From: Octopus bimaculoides
Lineage: Eukaryota
Direction: 5' to 3'
DNA length: 64,000 nucleotides
NCBI RefSeq assembly: GCF_001194135.2
Contig: NC_068984.1
Coordinates: forward strand, 132,600,515-132,664,514
Part shown: piece after piece, positions 1 to 13,600 of the stretch
Numbering within the stretch: the first letter of the stretch is position 1
Layout of the letters: each line of letters begins with the position of its first letter
The notes under the pieces: model-generated
What the model was told of the DNA's origin: nothing
The model's input: the letters and a program-made list of their open reading frames with translations, nothing else
Databases searched by the model: none
Made by a program: the position numbers and the translations under genes

Positions 1-1130
1 AGCTTTTAAACCATTTCTTTGATAATTCGTTCCAGATTTGCAAAAAATTTAATGTACGGCAATTGTCATTATCATCATCAACAACAGCATTTAACTTCCA
101 TTTTCCCTGCTGGCATGGGTTGAATGGTTTGACAGATCCCAGCAAACCATAAGGCTGCATTAAGCTTCAATGTTAGTTTTTGATGTGGTTTCTATAGCTG
201 GATACCCTTTCAACCATTTTACAGTGTGTGCTGGGTACTTTTTTGTGCTACCAGCACTGGCGAGGTTACCACGTCATGTAACCCCTCATTACTTTTTATT
301 GTTTGGAATTTTCAGAAAATTTTTGCAAATTTGTATCCTATGCACAGGAATTCATACACCAAATATGAAATCACTTGGAATAAAAATTGAAAAGATTCTA
401 CAGTCCTATTCAAGAGGAGAAACTAAAAATAATTCAAGTATCCAGTTGGGATGGACGCAACATTGTTTTTGTCCATACCATATTCAATTATTTTTTGCCA
501 GCCAAGTAAACTGGAGCTATAGCTAATAGAACTGCTTTCCTCAAAGCTATCGTAGGATTTTTTTTCTCTTACTGTCATTGCAAGCAAGGCTATGGTGCAG
601 TCAGTCTCCACTTGAACCTGTTTGATTTTGCTTATACAATTGACATATCTCCATAAATACTATGCTTTTTAGCTAGTCCAAAATTTAAAAGAAACTACCC
701 ACCATTTAAATTTGAAGAGAGAGAGAGCAATGCACAGGTTTCTGGTCTGAAGAACAGTTTAGGTGATAGAATGTCACAAAAGCAGTTGGTCTAGTTGTAT
801 TACAAATAAAAACGGAATGGACTGAATTACAACATTCTTCAATAATTGAAAGCTTCTTAGTTGGAGAAAACAAACAGCATTAATTAGCAACTCTAAGAGA
901 AGTGAAGATAATTTTAAGAAATTAAGAATGACATGCATAAGGAAAAGACTGATCAAAATTTCATTTTTATTTTTGCAATCTATGTCAAAAGTATTGTCAA
1001 GTGATGGAAACAGGCTTGATTATAGTATATTGATGTTGTCCATTAAGACTGAAACATGTCCATAGTAGTCTTCTTCCCTGCAAAAATCACGTTTACCCCT
1101 TCAGTTTTCTTGGTCTTATGACTGAGAGTA

Positions 1131-1493
1131 GTGGAGGTGCAATGGCCCAGTGGTTAGGGCAGCGGACTCGCGGTTTTGATTCCCAGACCGGGCGTTGTGG
1201 GTATTTACTGAGCGAAAACACCTAAAGCTCCACGAGGCTCCGGCAGGGGATAGTGGCGAACCCTGCTGTACTCTTTCACAACTTTCTCTCACTCTTACTT
1301 CCTGTTTCTGTTGTACCTGTAATTCAAAGGGTCAGCCTTGTCACACTGTGTCACGCTGAATATCCCTGAGAACTACGTTAAGGGTACACGTGTCTGTGGA
1401 GTGCTCAGCCACTTGCACGTTAATTTCACGAGCAGGCTGTTCCGTTGATTAAATCAACTGGAACCCTCGACGGAGTGCCAACAACAACAATAC
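1131..1493 (+). mobile_element. Full-length tRNA-derived SINE (family A)
   Basis: A-box TGGCCCAGTGGTTAG, B-box-like GTTTTGATTCC, (CAA)n tail, 9-bp TSD CTGAGAGTA (1122-1130 and 1494-1502). Confidence 0.9.
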
Positions 1494-2060
1494 CTGAGAG
1501 TATCTTGTATTTCTACAAGGTTACCATTCAACTCTGCTGTCATCTTTTGGATTGGTGCCTCTGAATGCCTTGCTTGACTAAATTCAAAATCAAATTAACA
1601 CAGTTGGTCCTCTTCTTTCTACTAGGTTAGAGTCTTCGGCTCATCATCATAGTGTATCTTCATTGCCATTGTTCTCTAATGAACTTTCTGGTCAAGTACC
1701 CACCGTCAAGATCTTTAAATATATCCTCACTTGATTCTCTTCCCAGGTTCATCATTTCTCTGTTGAGCTTTCTGTTAGTCATAAATCCTTTTATTCTGAT
1801 AACTTTTATCCTTGAACTGCTTCTGAGCAACTCACAACCATCACGTTTTCCTTTATATTTGGGCCTTTTGAATTCTCAGGTCCCTTACAATAGTGGCCTC
1901 AAGTTTTGTTTGGGAAAAATTAAGAAAATGTAACTTGACAAGATTACTTGGTCTTTTGAAATCATACCTGCCACCTTTGAGAATATCTGCTAGGTTGTTT
2001 TTTTGTTTCCTTTCCCCAACTTAGGAAATTTCAATGGATTTTCTTTTCCTTTTTTTTTCT

Positions 2061-2091
<31 letters not shown>

Positions 2092-3502
2092 CATTCAGTA
2101 CATGGCACTATAACTTTTTTTTAAATCCAGCAAGCTTCCACACAGTCATTATCGAAAGTCTAAACTTTCAAACAATGAACTTGTATAATTTCTGCAGTCT
2201 ATTTTTGAAATTATGTCAATTTAACATGGTTGTTTTCTTGTGAGTAAAACTAATTAACTTAAACAGTCAAATTTCTAAAGTATTGTTGTACTGAATGGCA
2301 AGTGTAGAACAAAAATCTCTAAACTTGGCTTAAAAGAAAATAATTAAAATCTAATTTAAGAAAGTAGAATAAAACTTTAATTAATTACAGTTCAATTAGT
2401 ACAGGGCCAACTAAAATCTGATATCCTGAAATTAATCTTATTCTGAGGTTGAAAGTAATTATAGTAAGAAGAATAGTGTCCCTGATCTTTTTACAGTCCA
2501 GGTAAATTAATTTCAAATTTTGGCACACGGCCAGCAGTTTTGAGCATGGAGGTAAGTTGATTACATTGACCTGAGTGTTTAACTGGTACTTAGTTTATTG
2601 ATCCCAAAAGAATGAAAGGCAGAGTTGATCTCAGCAGAATTTGAACTCTTTGCATAGTTTGTCATAGGTTCTGAATTCAAAAAACAAAACTAATTTGGTG
2701 CCCTGTTTCAGATAATATTCTTAGATATATGAAGTATACAAATTTCAAGATCTAGTTCTGTGTGCTTCCAATATCTTTAAATTATGCCTTAAAGTACAAT
2801 TGTCTGTCATTAACTACTTAGTGTGTTCCTTTCAATTAGGAACATTGCTAGACAGTTGAAGATGGATGTGGACAACCACTTAGAGAAGAAATAAAGCAAG
2901 TTGGAAATCATTTTAATGAGTGGTAAGCAGTTTGCTTCCCAGCCACATGGTTTCAGGTTCTATTCCATTGTGTGGCACATTGGGCAAAATTCTTGTACTA
3001 CAGCCCCAGAGTGATCAAGCCTTATGAGTGAATTTGACTGACAGGAACAGAAAGAACCCTATCATGCAATATATATATATATACACACACACACGTGTTA
3101 CTGTCTCCTTGCCTTGACATCATGTGATAGTTGTTAAATGAATGTCACTGTTATAAGAACAGTTTCCATTCCTAATCTTTCATGAAAACGTCTGTGCATA
3201 GGGAAGTATTACCTTGGGAACAGGTAAAGGTTGGTGACAGGAAGGGCATCCAGCCACAGAAAATCCACCTCAGCAATCTCCATCTGACCCATGTGAGCAT
3301 GGAAAAATGGACATTCAAAAACAATGAGAATAACAGACTCCCAGTACAATTAGCTTCAATAGCTTACCTTTCAATTTATAGCATGGAACATTCTAATCAT
3401 TAAGATTAGATTCAGATTTTTAGAGGTGTTGACTTGTTTGTCATTGTCTAAAAGAAAACAAAATAGTGGCTACCATAAATTGAAACCAATCACTGGATTA
3501 GT

Positions 3503-3720
3503 CTAACCCTTTAGTATTTAAACCAGCCAAAAAATTCCACCTGTTTCATGTTAAAACTGGCCATATCTGGCCTCTTTCAGCTACCTTACAATATCATTAT
3601 AAAAATAAAGAATTACATCACGAAGCTCTTGAAACTAAGAGGTAATGCATGATTAATTCAAAAACAATATTAATAAATAAGCATTACATTCGAAAGTAAT
3701 CTGAATGCTAAAGAGTTGAA
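3503..3720. mobile_element. piggyBac-like MITE of about 215 bp
   Basis: Ends TAACCCTTTAG...CTAAAGAGTTGA; same body as 41390-41994. Confidence 0.6.
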
Positions 3721-4373
3721 CCAAAGAAATAATTCACAAAATAGGGAAAATAAATTAATAGTACCAAAGGTTTTGCTTTAACTGGTAAAGTGAAACAATT
3801 ACATTTTTCATTGCATATCCAGTAAAAGATCTGTATACAAGACTTCAGCAGTTCCTTGACCAAAATATGTGGTGCTCAGTTATTCTGTAGCACATATTTA
3901 CTGCTAGGTGCACAGACTAGTATAGTTAATTACTGCAAGCAGATAATTTTATTGATTTTATTAAGCTCGTTTAGTTCTGCAACAGCCACCAGACATTTTG
4001 TTTGCATTCAACTGTTCAAAGAAAGAAAGCTCATCTGACTTTCAGTTTGCTTCCCAAAAAGATGTGTATCTGAAGCTTCGAGAGCTATGGGTGACGTTAT
4101 TGGGTTATAGCAGTGGAAAAGGCTAGCCACTGAATTTGGTTAAAAAGAGACGATGAGCGATGGCTAGAAGAATATCGAGCTTTATTTGATAACCAGTTGA
4201 TCTAGCAAGCAGGGCCTCATATTAGTGAAGGTGTGCAGTGATGCCATCAAGAGGTAGGCCCTGAAATGGCACACATTCTCTCCTGATGACCCTATACACT
4301 AGCTGGCTTCTGGTATGTGGAGCTTTCGACTGGTAGCACTTGCATCTGCAAGTTGTTTGCAAAACAACATATA

Positions 4374-4530
4374 TATATCTGAAAAAAATGAATAGAAATG
4401 GCTTTTCTGATAATTTTTCCACTTTAATAATTACAAAAGGTAAAAACTGTTTGTAAATTTATAAACATCTAATTATTAATGTGGAAAATTTATGAGAAAA
4501 GCCATTTCTATTCATTTTTTCAAATATATA
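4374..4530. mobile_element. MITE/foldback with about 50-bp inverted arms in TA-rich flanks
   Basis: AAAATGAATAGAAATGGCTTTTCT...TTTTCCAC (4374-4422) is inverted at 4481-4530. Confidence 0.7.
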
Positions 4531-5371
4531 ATACTGTACAAAGGACATTTTATTTCTTATTCTAGTATATATATATATAATACAAATCATATGTGAGCAT
4601 ATGCATATATACATACATATATGTACATACCTACATCTAAATGTATATATAGATGCATATCCAGGTACAGGACATAAAAAAAGGAACTTTTTTTACGGAC
4701 AACAGAATGAACACATAGACAAGCCACATATGGAACTTTTCCTTCATCAGCTGCCTCTATTCTAAACTAGGCATTTCGAGACATTTATGTATGTATATAT
4801 ATATATATACAGACATTTATGTATGTATATATATATATATACAGACATTTATGTATGCATATGCGTATTTACTCGTCTTGACAGCATGGTTGTAAACAGG
4901 TATCACTGTCATACAAGCAACGTTTATTTCGAGTCTGATTGGAAACAGATGAGGGTTGGTGACAGGAAGAGCATCCAGCTGTGGAATATCTACCTCAACA
5001 AATTCCACCTGTCCCATGCAAGCATAGAAAAGTGGTCATTATAAGACAATGTTGAAATAATTCAAGCAGTGGCAATAAATGTTGAACTGTGAGGAGCATG
5101 TCAAACATTTGTCTTATAAACCTGCTGTTTGAAATTTAATCAATTCCCCAGGTGAAGTGAAATGATTAATCAGAGAATCAAAGCAAGGATGTCACATCTG
5201 CTGGTTATAAATTTTACATCTAACTCTCCAATACTCATCATACATTTCGCACAATTTTACACAACACATTTTTCAAATTTCATAGAATTTTAATTTAAAT
5301 TTGCAAAACAGGTACTTAGCGTATAAAGATTTCAAAATATTAAACATACAAAAAATGGTCTTTTTCTCTTT

Positions 5372-5410
5372 ATATATATATATATATATATATACATATA
5401 TATGCATAAC

Positions 5411-5459
<49 letters not shown>

Positions 5460-5648
5460 TAACATATATATATATATATACATACAAATAACATATATAT
5501 ATACATAACATATACATATATATACACATATAATCATATACATATATATATATATATATATATACACATACATATATATACACACACACACATGTACATA
5601 CATATATACACTTTATATATGTGTATATATATATATGCATATATACAT
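5372..5648. repeat. Compound (TA)n/(TACA)n microsatellite
   Basis: Direct inspection; similar arrays at 10525-10722 and 42348-42450. Confidence 0.95.
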
Positions 5649-5667
5649 AACAAATACAAGAACTATT

Positions 5668-5673
5668 TTTATT
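5668..5673 (-). terminator. Candidate FLCN polyadenylation signal (AATAAA)
   Basis: AATAAA on the minus strand about 330 nt past the stop; actual use not shown. Confidence 0.35.
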
Positions 5674-6003
5674 TTACTCAAATAAAAGTAGCTCTGAAAT
5701 TTATAAATATTCTCAGCATTTATAATTGAAAATTCTTCCTTCCCATACAAATTCATGAGCAATTAACATTTCTTTTCTTGCTGATTTGTTTTCGATATAT
5801 ATATATATGTATGTGTGTGTGTGTGTGTATCATCATCATCATCATCGTTTAACGTCCGCTTTCCATGCTAGCATGGGTTGGACGATTTGACTGAGGACTG
5901 GTGCAACCGGGTGGCTACACCAGGATACACACACACACGCACAAATGTTTATGTACAAGAAAAAGAGGGAGAAGAATTTTGGAACTGTGATGATGACATC
6001 AGT

Positions 6004-6199
6004 TTAAGGAGGAACCATGTTCATATTCATTGATGTGGACAAAATGTGGTTACGGTATTGAACACTTAAACCAGTCATCCAGAACTTTAGCAACTGTTTG
6101 TCTTCTTCTTTGGCACCAACTACTTGCAGAAGTTTCTTCATGTCGTCTTCTGACCGGCTGCCACCAGCTTTGGTGAACTTGAATAAAACCTTTACTTTG
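6004..6199 (-). CDS. FLCN: FLCN coding exon 9 (terminal)
   Basis: TTCCAG|(N)[10 protein letters not shown]...[10 protein letters not shown]...VPP-TAA. Confidence 0.95.
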
Positions 6200-9100
6200 C
6201 TGGAAAAATAAAACAAAATTGCTATAAAAAATATTTCATCTAAATGGAGGGTGGGGGTTTCTTCTTAATTTTTTTATCAACAAAACAAGAACTGACCTGA
6301 ACAAAGTTTGAGGTAAATAGAGTGCGAAAGTGAGGGAGAACAAGGAAAATGTGCAGGGGACAGGGGGGGAGATAGGAGGGTTGGTTTGAAAGGGAGGATG
6401 CCCAAAACCTGGCAAGATGGTGTGAGGGCGGTTGCCATGGCATTGAGGTAGATCCAGCCTCCCCTATTGACAGGGACAAAACCCATATTTAAAACACTGA
6501 ATGATGATGATGATAGAATACCAAATACTGCAGTATTCACCTTGAGAGATTCTTTCATATATACATATGGTATTAAAAGCACAGACATATATCATTAGCA
6601 AACAAGAAGTGTCTGGCATGAGTTCCAGAACTGCCAGATCATGTGATTTCACCATACTCGCTTCCTCAGTGGTAGGCATCTACCAACCACATACCAGCTA
6701 AATCTCACTGCCAACAATATCTAGAATAACAGTGATTTTTTCAGTCACTGATATTGCAGGCTTATTAAAAAACAAATATTAGTGACAGAAGTAATATTAA
6801 TACCAAATAGCAATCATTATATCTTACTTAATGTGGATGTGTTATTAGAATGCCATATACAGTGATATTTACCTTGAGAGATCCTCTCATGTTTGTGGAG
6901 CTCAATACATATGACAGGCATACTGAGCACCCAGAAGTATACTAGTTGGATCATAGACACAAATCTCATTTAATAAACAAAGTGATCAATATTTAGTAGT
7001 AAAAAATATATAAATTTCAAATGAGAAAAAATTAAAAAATATGCTTACTTCATCCATTCTTCTTTTAAGCAAATTAAGCATTGTTCAATAACTTCATAGC
7101 ATAGATTTGTATTTCTTAGTGCAAGTTCCATACGGATTAATACCTTAGGAGCTGAAAAAGGAAGACAATTCTTATAATTAAATACACGTGATTTATCCAT
7201 GAAATAGAAAAGAAAAAGCAATCAATTACATCAAAAATAATTCAAAACAAACATGCTTATTGTCTTACAAAACTGTTGGACAAGATCTAAGAGGAGAATT
7301 TTCGTGACAATTCTATAAAACAAGACTAAAAGACAGCGTCACCAGGCATACACAAGACGACTGTTAGTGGGGCAGAAGAGATTTACTTTAAGTAATACAT
7401 AGAAAAAGATCAATTCCATATGGATAAGCTGTTAACAACAAACAAGATGAGGACAAATATCCGTCGAATGTAAATAAAGTAATAATAATGTTTAAGTAAA
7501 TATTATTCTTATATAATCAGGCTTGGCAGAAGAGACCGTCTGGATTAAAATTAACCTATAGTAGTGAACACCAGGGACAAAATTAGCTTATGGGAAACCC
7601 AACTTCATGCATAGAACCTGGGATGGTGTTATGAAATATTTTGGGGAAAAAAAAGTCTTATATGCCATCAAATATGGTACATATAAATTGTTTAAAAATG
7701 GAAATTTTTACCTTTATCTGGCAGGATAACATGGCTACTGATTTTGAACTCGTAGCTATTGAGATCTTGTGGTCCCTCTTCAGGACTGAGGATCTCGATT
7801 AAAAGGAACTGTTCTGAGTTTAGAATATGGTTAGGTAACAAAACTCCAAGAGGGACTCCTAAAAAGTTGCAGCGCCAAGATTCTTCATACTTTTCACTGT
7901 AAGGAATTATTTTACAACAGCCTTTCGGTAATAAACCCTGTAGTGAGATAAAGAAATAAATAAAAATGCCATGACGACAGAGAAAAATGATTCAATAAAA
8001 TTTATTTTTAAAAATGGTGTGCATTGAGAGAAATTAAAGAGAATTATGAACGAAAAATAAAAAACAGAATAATTCAACATTAAATCGTTAACAAATTAAT
8101 TACATTGTTACAGGGAAGAATAAACAACAAGCTAGACTCTCTTCTTCCAGATCTAGATTTCATATCCAGTTGTTGGCATTATTGGAAGACAGTTCACTCT
8201 ACCTGTTGAGCCTTCAAACCTAGTTACTTATGTATCATCATCATCGTTTAACATCCGCTTTCCATGCTAGCATGGGTTGGACGATTTGACTGAGGACTGG
8301 CGAACCAGATGGCTGTACCAGGCTCCAATCTGATCTGAGTGCTTCTGGTGTATCATAATGAAGCAAATAACAAGTAATTTTGTATTTATCAAATGTGAGC
8401 ACAGTATCTCATGAAGTTGGGGTTCCCCAGTTGAAGACATCAGCTTTACATGTATTTGAAGCAGGACCCATCTGGTGAAGACACTCTTTTATAAGCTTCA
8501 TTCATAGAACTTCAACTCAATACAAGCTAACACAACACATCACTTATGCATTGATATCAGTTTCTAGTAGTGAGCTACACCTATATATGATGCCTTGTTC
8601 AGATCCCAGATCATCAGTGATCTAGCAGACCTATGAACAAAACCATACCAACCATGACCATCCCATCTTATATTTTAAGACATGATATATCTAGGACTAT
8701 TATCCAATTTGTTCATCATTTTTAAGACAATAGGGTGTGTGTGATTCTAAGGAATTTTGGTAGTTATTTCAAGCAGATCAAGTGACTAACATAGAGGCTC
8801 CCACACTGATTCATCTACATGATGCCCATTGAAAGTACTATGATGTAGTTACATCACAGTGCCAAGATATGAACCACTGACCCTGCAGCTACCAGCCTGT
8901 GAAGCCTATCAATTCAGTCTACTGCAACAGCAATCATTATAATAGAACAGATGAAATAATTTTGGGTAGTAACAAACCTTCAAGACTTCTAACATTGACT
9001 TGACGAGCTGTTTCTCTGTACCCTTGACAATTAATTGGTTCCCTATGACAATATGATGAGCCACCGTGTGAAAGTTTAAATAACCAAGCACCTGTAAAAA

Positions 9101-10525
9101 AAAAACACAATTCATTAGGCCTATAGTTATTTGTTACTCACTACGTTTAGATTACACTTTAGCATTTAAAACTGGCCATATCCAGCCCAAATATTTTACC
9201 TATTTTATGTTCAAACCAGATCCAGCCTCTTACACATCATCATCATCTTCATCATCATCATTTAACATCTGCTTTCCATGCTGACATGGATTGGACGGTT
9301 TGACTGAAGACTGGCGAGCCGGATGGCTGCACCAGGCTCCAATCTGATCGAGCAGAGTTTCTACAGCTGGATGCCCTTCCTAACGCCAACCGTTCCAAGA
9401 GTGAAGTGGGTGCTTTTACATGCCACCAGCACGAGGGGCAGTCAGGTGGTACTGGCAATGGCCACGCTCAAATGGTGTTTTTTATGTGCCACCTGCACAG
9501 GAGCCAGTCTAGTGGCACTGGCAATGACCTCGCTCAAGTATATGGAATGCTGTGAACAACAAATTATAATTTCATTTCAAATACATTTAAATATATTTAA
9601 GATAATTAGTAGGGGAAAAAAAGAACATAATATTGATCTGGTGTGGACAGAGGGGTATAGTAACTTGAGAAATTTAGTATTTTAAAGACAAAAAATTTGA
9701 CAGTACAAAATTACCTGCATAACATTTTGTAAATTATAAAATCTCGGCTGATTTGGGTCGGCATCCATTGAATCAATGTCTGGATTTTCTTTGTCTGGAC
9801 TGGATTTCCTCATGTAGAGTTTTATAAAGCCTTCTTCAGTTTCTAGAAAAATAAAAGGGACAGAATAATTTATTTACACTTTAGAAATGTTCATTCATTG
9901 ATTCACACACAACAGGCTTCTACACAATTTTTGTCTATCAATTTCACTCACAATGCATTGGTCAGCCTGAGGCTATAGTAGAAGATACTTACACATGGGG
10001 TCATGCAGTGAGATTGAACTCAAAGCTACATGCTTGCAAAGCAAGATTCTTAACCACACAGCTAGACCTGCGTCTGTGGTCAGTAATCCATCTTAACCTC
10101 AGTCATTATATATCAAGCATTAATGAGCAAAATAAATTTCGGAAATTATTGTTCATCAAAATTTTGCTTTCTTTATCAAGATTTTATTTTTTTTTAATTC
10201 TTCAACTCACCTTCTAATCTCTCTGTATCCAGAATAGCATCTTCTGTAGGAGGGGCTTCGAGAGAGGTTTCAGTTATTCGGTTAACGCAAGCTTTAAGGA
10301 TCCACACAAATGATACATGTAACATTTTGAAAATATGTTTATCATCTGTTAATTCTTTCAACGATCTAGCTGGCTTGTTACCACCTCGTTGAAACCGGAA
10401 GCTTGCTGGGTAAATACTGTCTCTGTAGCCTTTCTGCGGACATCTTGTCTGTTCTTCAGTGTAGACCTAATAAACAGTAGACCAAAGTAAAAACGATTCA
10501 CTCAACTACTTTGAAAAAGAATGAT

Positions 10526-10595
<70 letters not shown>

Positions 10596-10650
10596 ATATA
10601 TATATATATATGTGTGTATATATATATATATGTGTGTATATATATATATA

Positions 10651-10698
<48 letters not shown>

Positions 10699-13600
10699 TA
10701 TATATATATATACACACACACACCTTGAAACTTGAGTATGAGGGGGGGGGCTGAAAAGTCCCTGGCTTTAAGAGTAACACGAAAGGGCTGGCTGGAGGCC
10801 TGACCTTCCGACTTCTTTTACAGGGCTTAGAAAAACTGAAGGAATGCTGCAATAACTGCAAATCTGGGAGGGGAATATGTTGAATGAAATCATAATTAAC
10901 TAATCTTCCTGTTTCTTTTTTTTACCCAAAGCCAGGAACTTTTCAGCACTCCCTCCGGTGTATGCACATATGTAGATATGTATGCATGTATGTATATACG
11001 TATGTATGCATGCATGCATTTATTTATTTATGCATATATATGAGGGGATGCTAAAAAGTTCCTGGCTTTAAGGGTACCACAAAAGCCTTATTTGGAGGTC
11101 CAACCTTCCCAGTTCTTTTACAAGCCTTAGAAAAACTGAAGGATTGCTGTAATAAGTGTGTGAATCTGAGAGTGGGATATGTTGAATAGAATCATAATTT
11201 ACTAATTTTCCGGCATTGTCTTTTACCCAAAGCCAGGAACTTTTCAGCACCCCCTCATATATACTCTCACCATTTATCTCTCTCTTTTTCCAGCTGAAAA
11301 AGCCATGTATCTCTTCTATCATACATCGTCCCACTATCATACTTTCATCTCAGTTGAACAGGGCCTTATTTTGAAAGTTACTTGGTGACTTCATTAATGC
11401 TGGTGCCACAACAGAAGCACCCAGTACACCTTGTAAAGTGGTTGGTGTAAGGAAAGGCATCCACCTGTAGAAACCATGTCAAAGCAAAAACCGGAGTTAG
11501 GCACAGCCTTCTGTTTCCCTGGTTCCTGTCAAACCATCGAACCCATACCAGCACAGAAAACAGATGTTAAACAATGATGATATGTATATATACACACATA
11601 CATATAAGCATGAAAAATGCATGTTAAAACAATGACCATGGTATATGTGTGTTGTGAGAGAGAGAGAGAGAGAGAAAGAGGGAGAAAGAGAGCCATTACA
11701 GCTATAGAGTGCTGACACAACAGAGTCTCAAGTTTGGTTCCACTGTGTGGTACCTTGGTCAAGTGTCTTCTACTACAGCCTGGGGTCAACCAAAGCTTAT
11801 GGGTGGATTTGGTAGACGGAAACTTAAAGAAACTTGTCATATATGTATACATGTGTGTGTCTATACCCTTGCCTTGATATCACATAATGGTTGTAAATGA
11901 GCATCACTGTCACACCAGCAATGTTATCTGTTTCCAGTTTTCTGTGAAATGTGTTTGTCCATAGGGAAATATTTCCTTGCTTGGAAACAGATGAAGGTAA
12001 GTGACAGGAAGGGTATCCAGCCATGAAAAAAATCTACCTTAAACAAATTCCATCTGACTCATGCAAACAAAATTAATTAATTCTATATTTAAGAGATGAG
12101 GAATTATGTACATTATTTACATTATTTATATTTGACGGATATTTGTCCTCGTCTTGTTTGTTGTTAGCACAACGTTTCAGCTGATATACCCTCCAGCCTT
12201 CATCAGGTGTCTTGGGGAAATTTTGAACCTGGGTTCTCATTCCTAAGATATTTTTTGATGTTATTATTATTATTATTATTATTATTATCATCATTAAGGT
12301 CAGTGCCTGGAATCAAACTCGGAATCTTGGGGTTAGTAGCCCACGCTCTTAACCACTATGCCATATGTTGAATGAAATCATACGCCATATGGTGTAGTGG
12401 TTAAGAGCATGGGCTATTAATCCCAAAATTCCGAGTTTGATTCCAGGCAGTGACCTCAATAATAATAATAATAATATCAAAAAATACTTTAAGAATGAGA
12501 GGTTCGAAATTTCCCCAAGAAACCTGATGAAGGCTGGAGGGTATATCAACCGAAACGTTAACAACAAACAAGATGAGGACAAATATCCGTCAAATATAAA
12601 TAATGAAAAATAATTGGGTATTACATCATGATGATCTCTGTCTCAAAACACAGGGCGAATTATTTCAATAAATATCAACAATGTTAGCTTATTTTCATTT
12701 TTTTTCTCCCGTTCCACTTAAACTTCTTCAACAGAAAAAGAAGAATTACACACAAGTTACCTTTTCTGCTTTCATTTGTAGTTGCTTGATAACAAGTTGT
12801 AAATTTGGTACAAGGAAAGACCAAGAGTTCAACAAATATAATTTATCCATCATAACAATGATGATGCTATACCAACGTTTAAATCCACGAGCTTGATTAT
12901 CTTGGATATAGAAAGTGTAACTGAGAACATTGCCTTGTTGTTTATCACCAAAGAAAATAGGACCTTCTCGACCAGGACACACCTGTGGGTTATAAAAAGA
13001 GTAAAAATAGCAATAAAATATGACTAAACAGCTATTAGATATTTTTCTGTTATAGTGTCCATCTCTTACAAGATACTATAATTTATAAAACAGCAATCAG
13101 TTCAGTGTGGCAATAAACCAAGAATAATTCAGAATTATTTTTCCCAAGTATGAACAATTGAGACTAGAGATATTATCTAACCATCGTGTTTTTGGTCTAC
13201 CCCTAGGTCTCTCATCAATCGACTTGGCTTGAGAAATATCTTGCAATTCTTTCTTGTGACATTCTAATCACATGTTCACAGTACCAGAGCTGTGACCTCT
13301 CCATGCAGAGAAATAGCATCTCCCTGATCTCTGAGCTATGCACTCTTAAGTAACGTTATTCTAGAGATCCTTTGGAGTAGGAGCTCTCAACCACTTTTTA
13401 TCTATGGACCCCTTTGATTACTATTTTATTCTGGTGGACCCCTATACCCATTCAATGTTTAAAAGTTAGTTTTATAGAAAATTCTTTGAAAATTCCTATT
13501 TTGCTTTTCACACATTAATTTGTGTAAGTTGAACTAAATAAATGCTAGAGAAAGAAACTTGTTTCTTGAAATGCATACAAAAACACACATCTAAAGCAAA

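Noticed and set aside
170-620. ORFs at the window start; the minus frame KIIEYGMDKNNVASIPTG vaguely resembles hAT transposases
   Set aside because: Similarity too weak to call without a search; the plus ORF begins in an RTE tail
1131-1210. tRNA-like segments (also 12290-12460, 19391-19470, 31093-31170, 52670-52750)
   Set aside because: They are SINE heads continuing into repeat bodies; no convincing acceptor stem or terminator for a real tRNA gene
1500-2000. Possible degraded transposase on the minus strand (APIQKMTAELNGN...)
   Set aside because: Many stops, interrupted by a SINE, family not identifiable by eye
5273-5640. Overlapping YIYI-rich ORFs (also 10498-10861, 42260-42448, 4787-5044)
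   Set aside because: Translations of (TA)n/(CA)n microsatellites, which lack stops in some frames
6431-6444. GTTGCCATGGCATT, 12/14 match to an RFX X-box
   Set aside because: Lies in the last FLCN intron, far from any promoter; a single near-match is not informative
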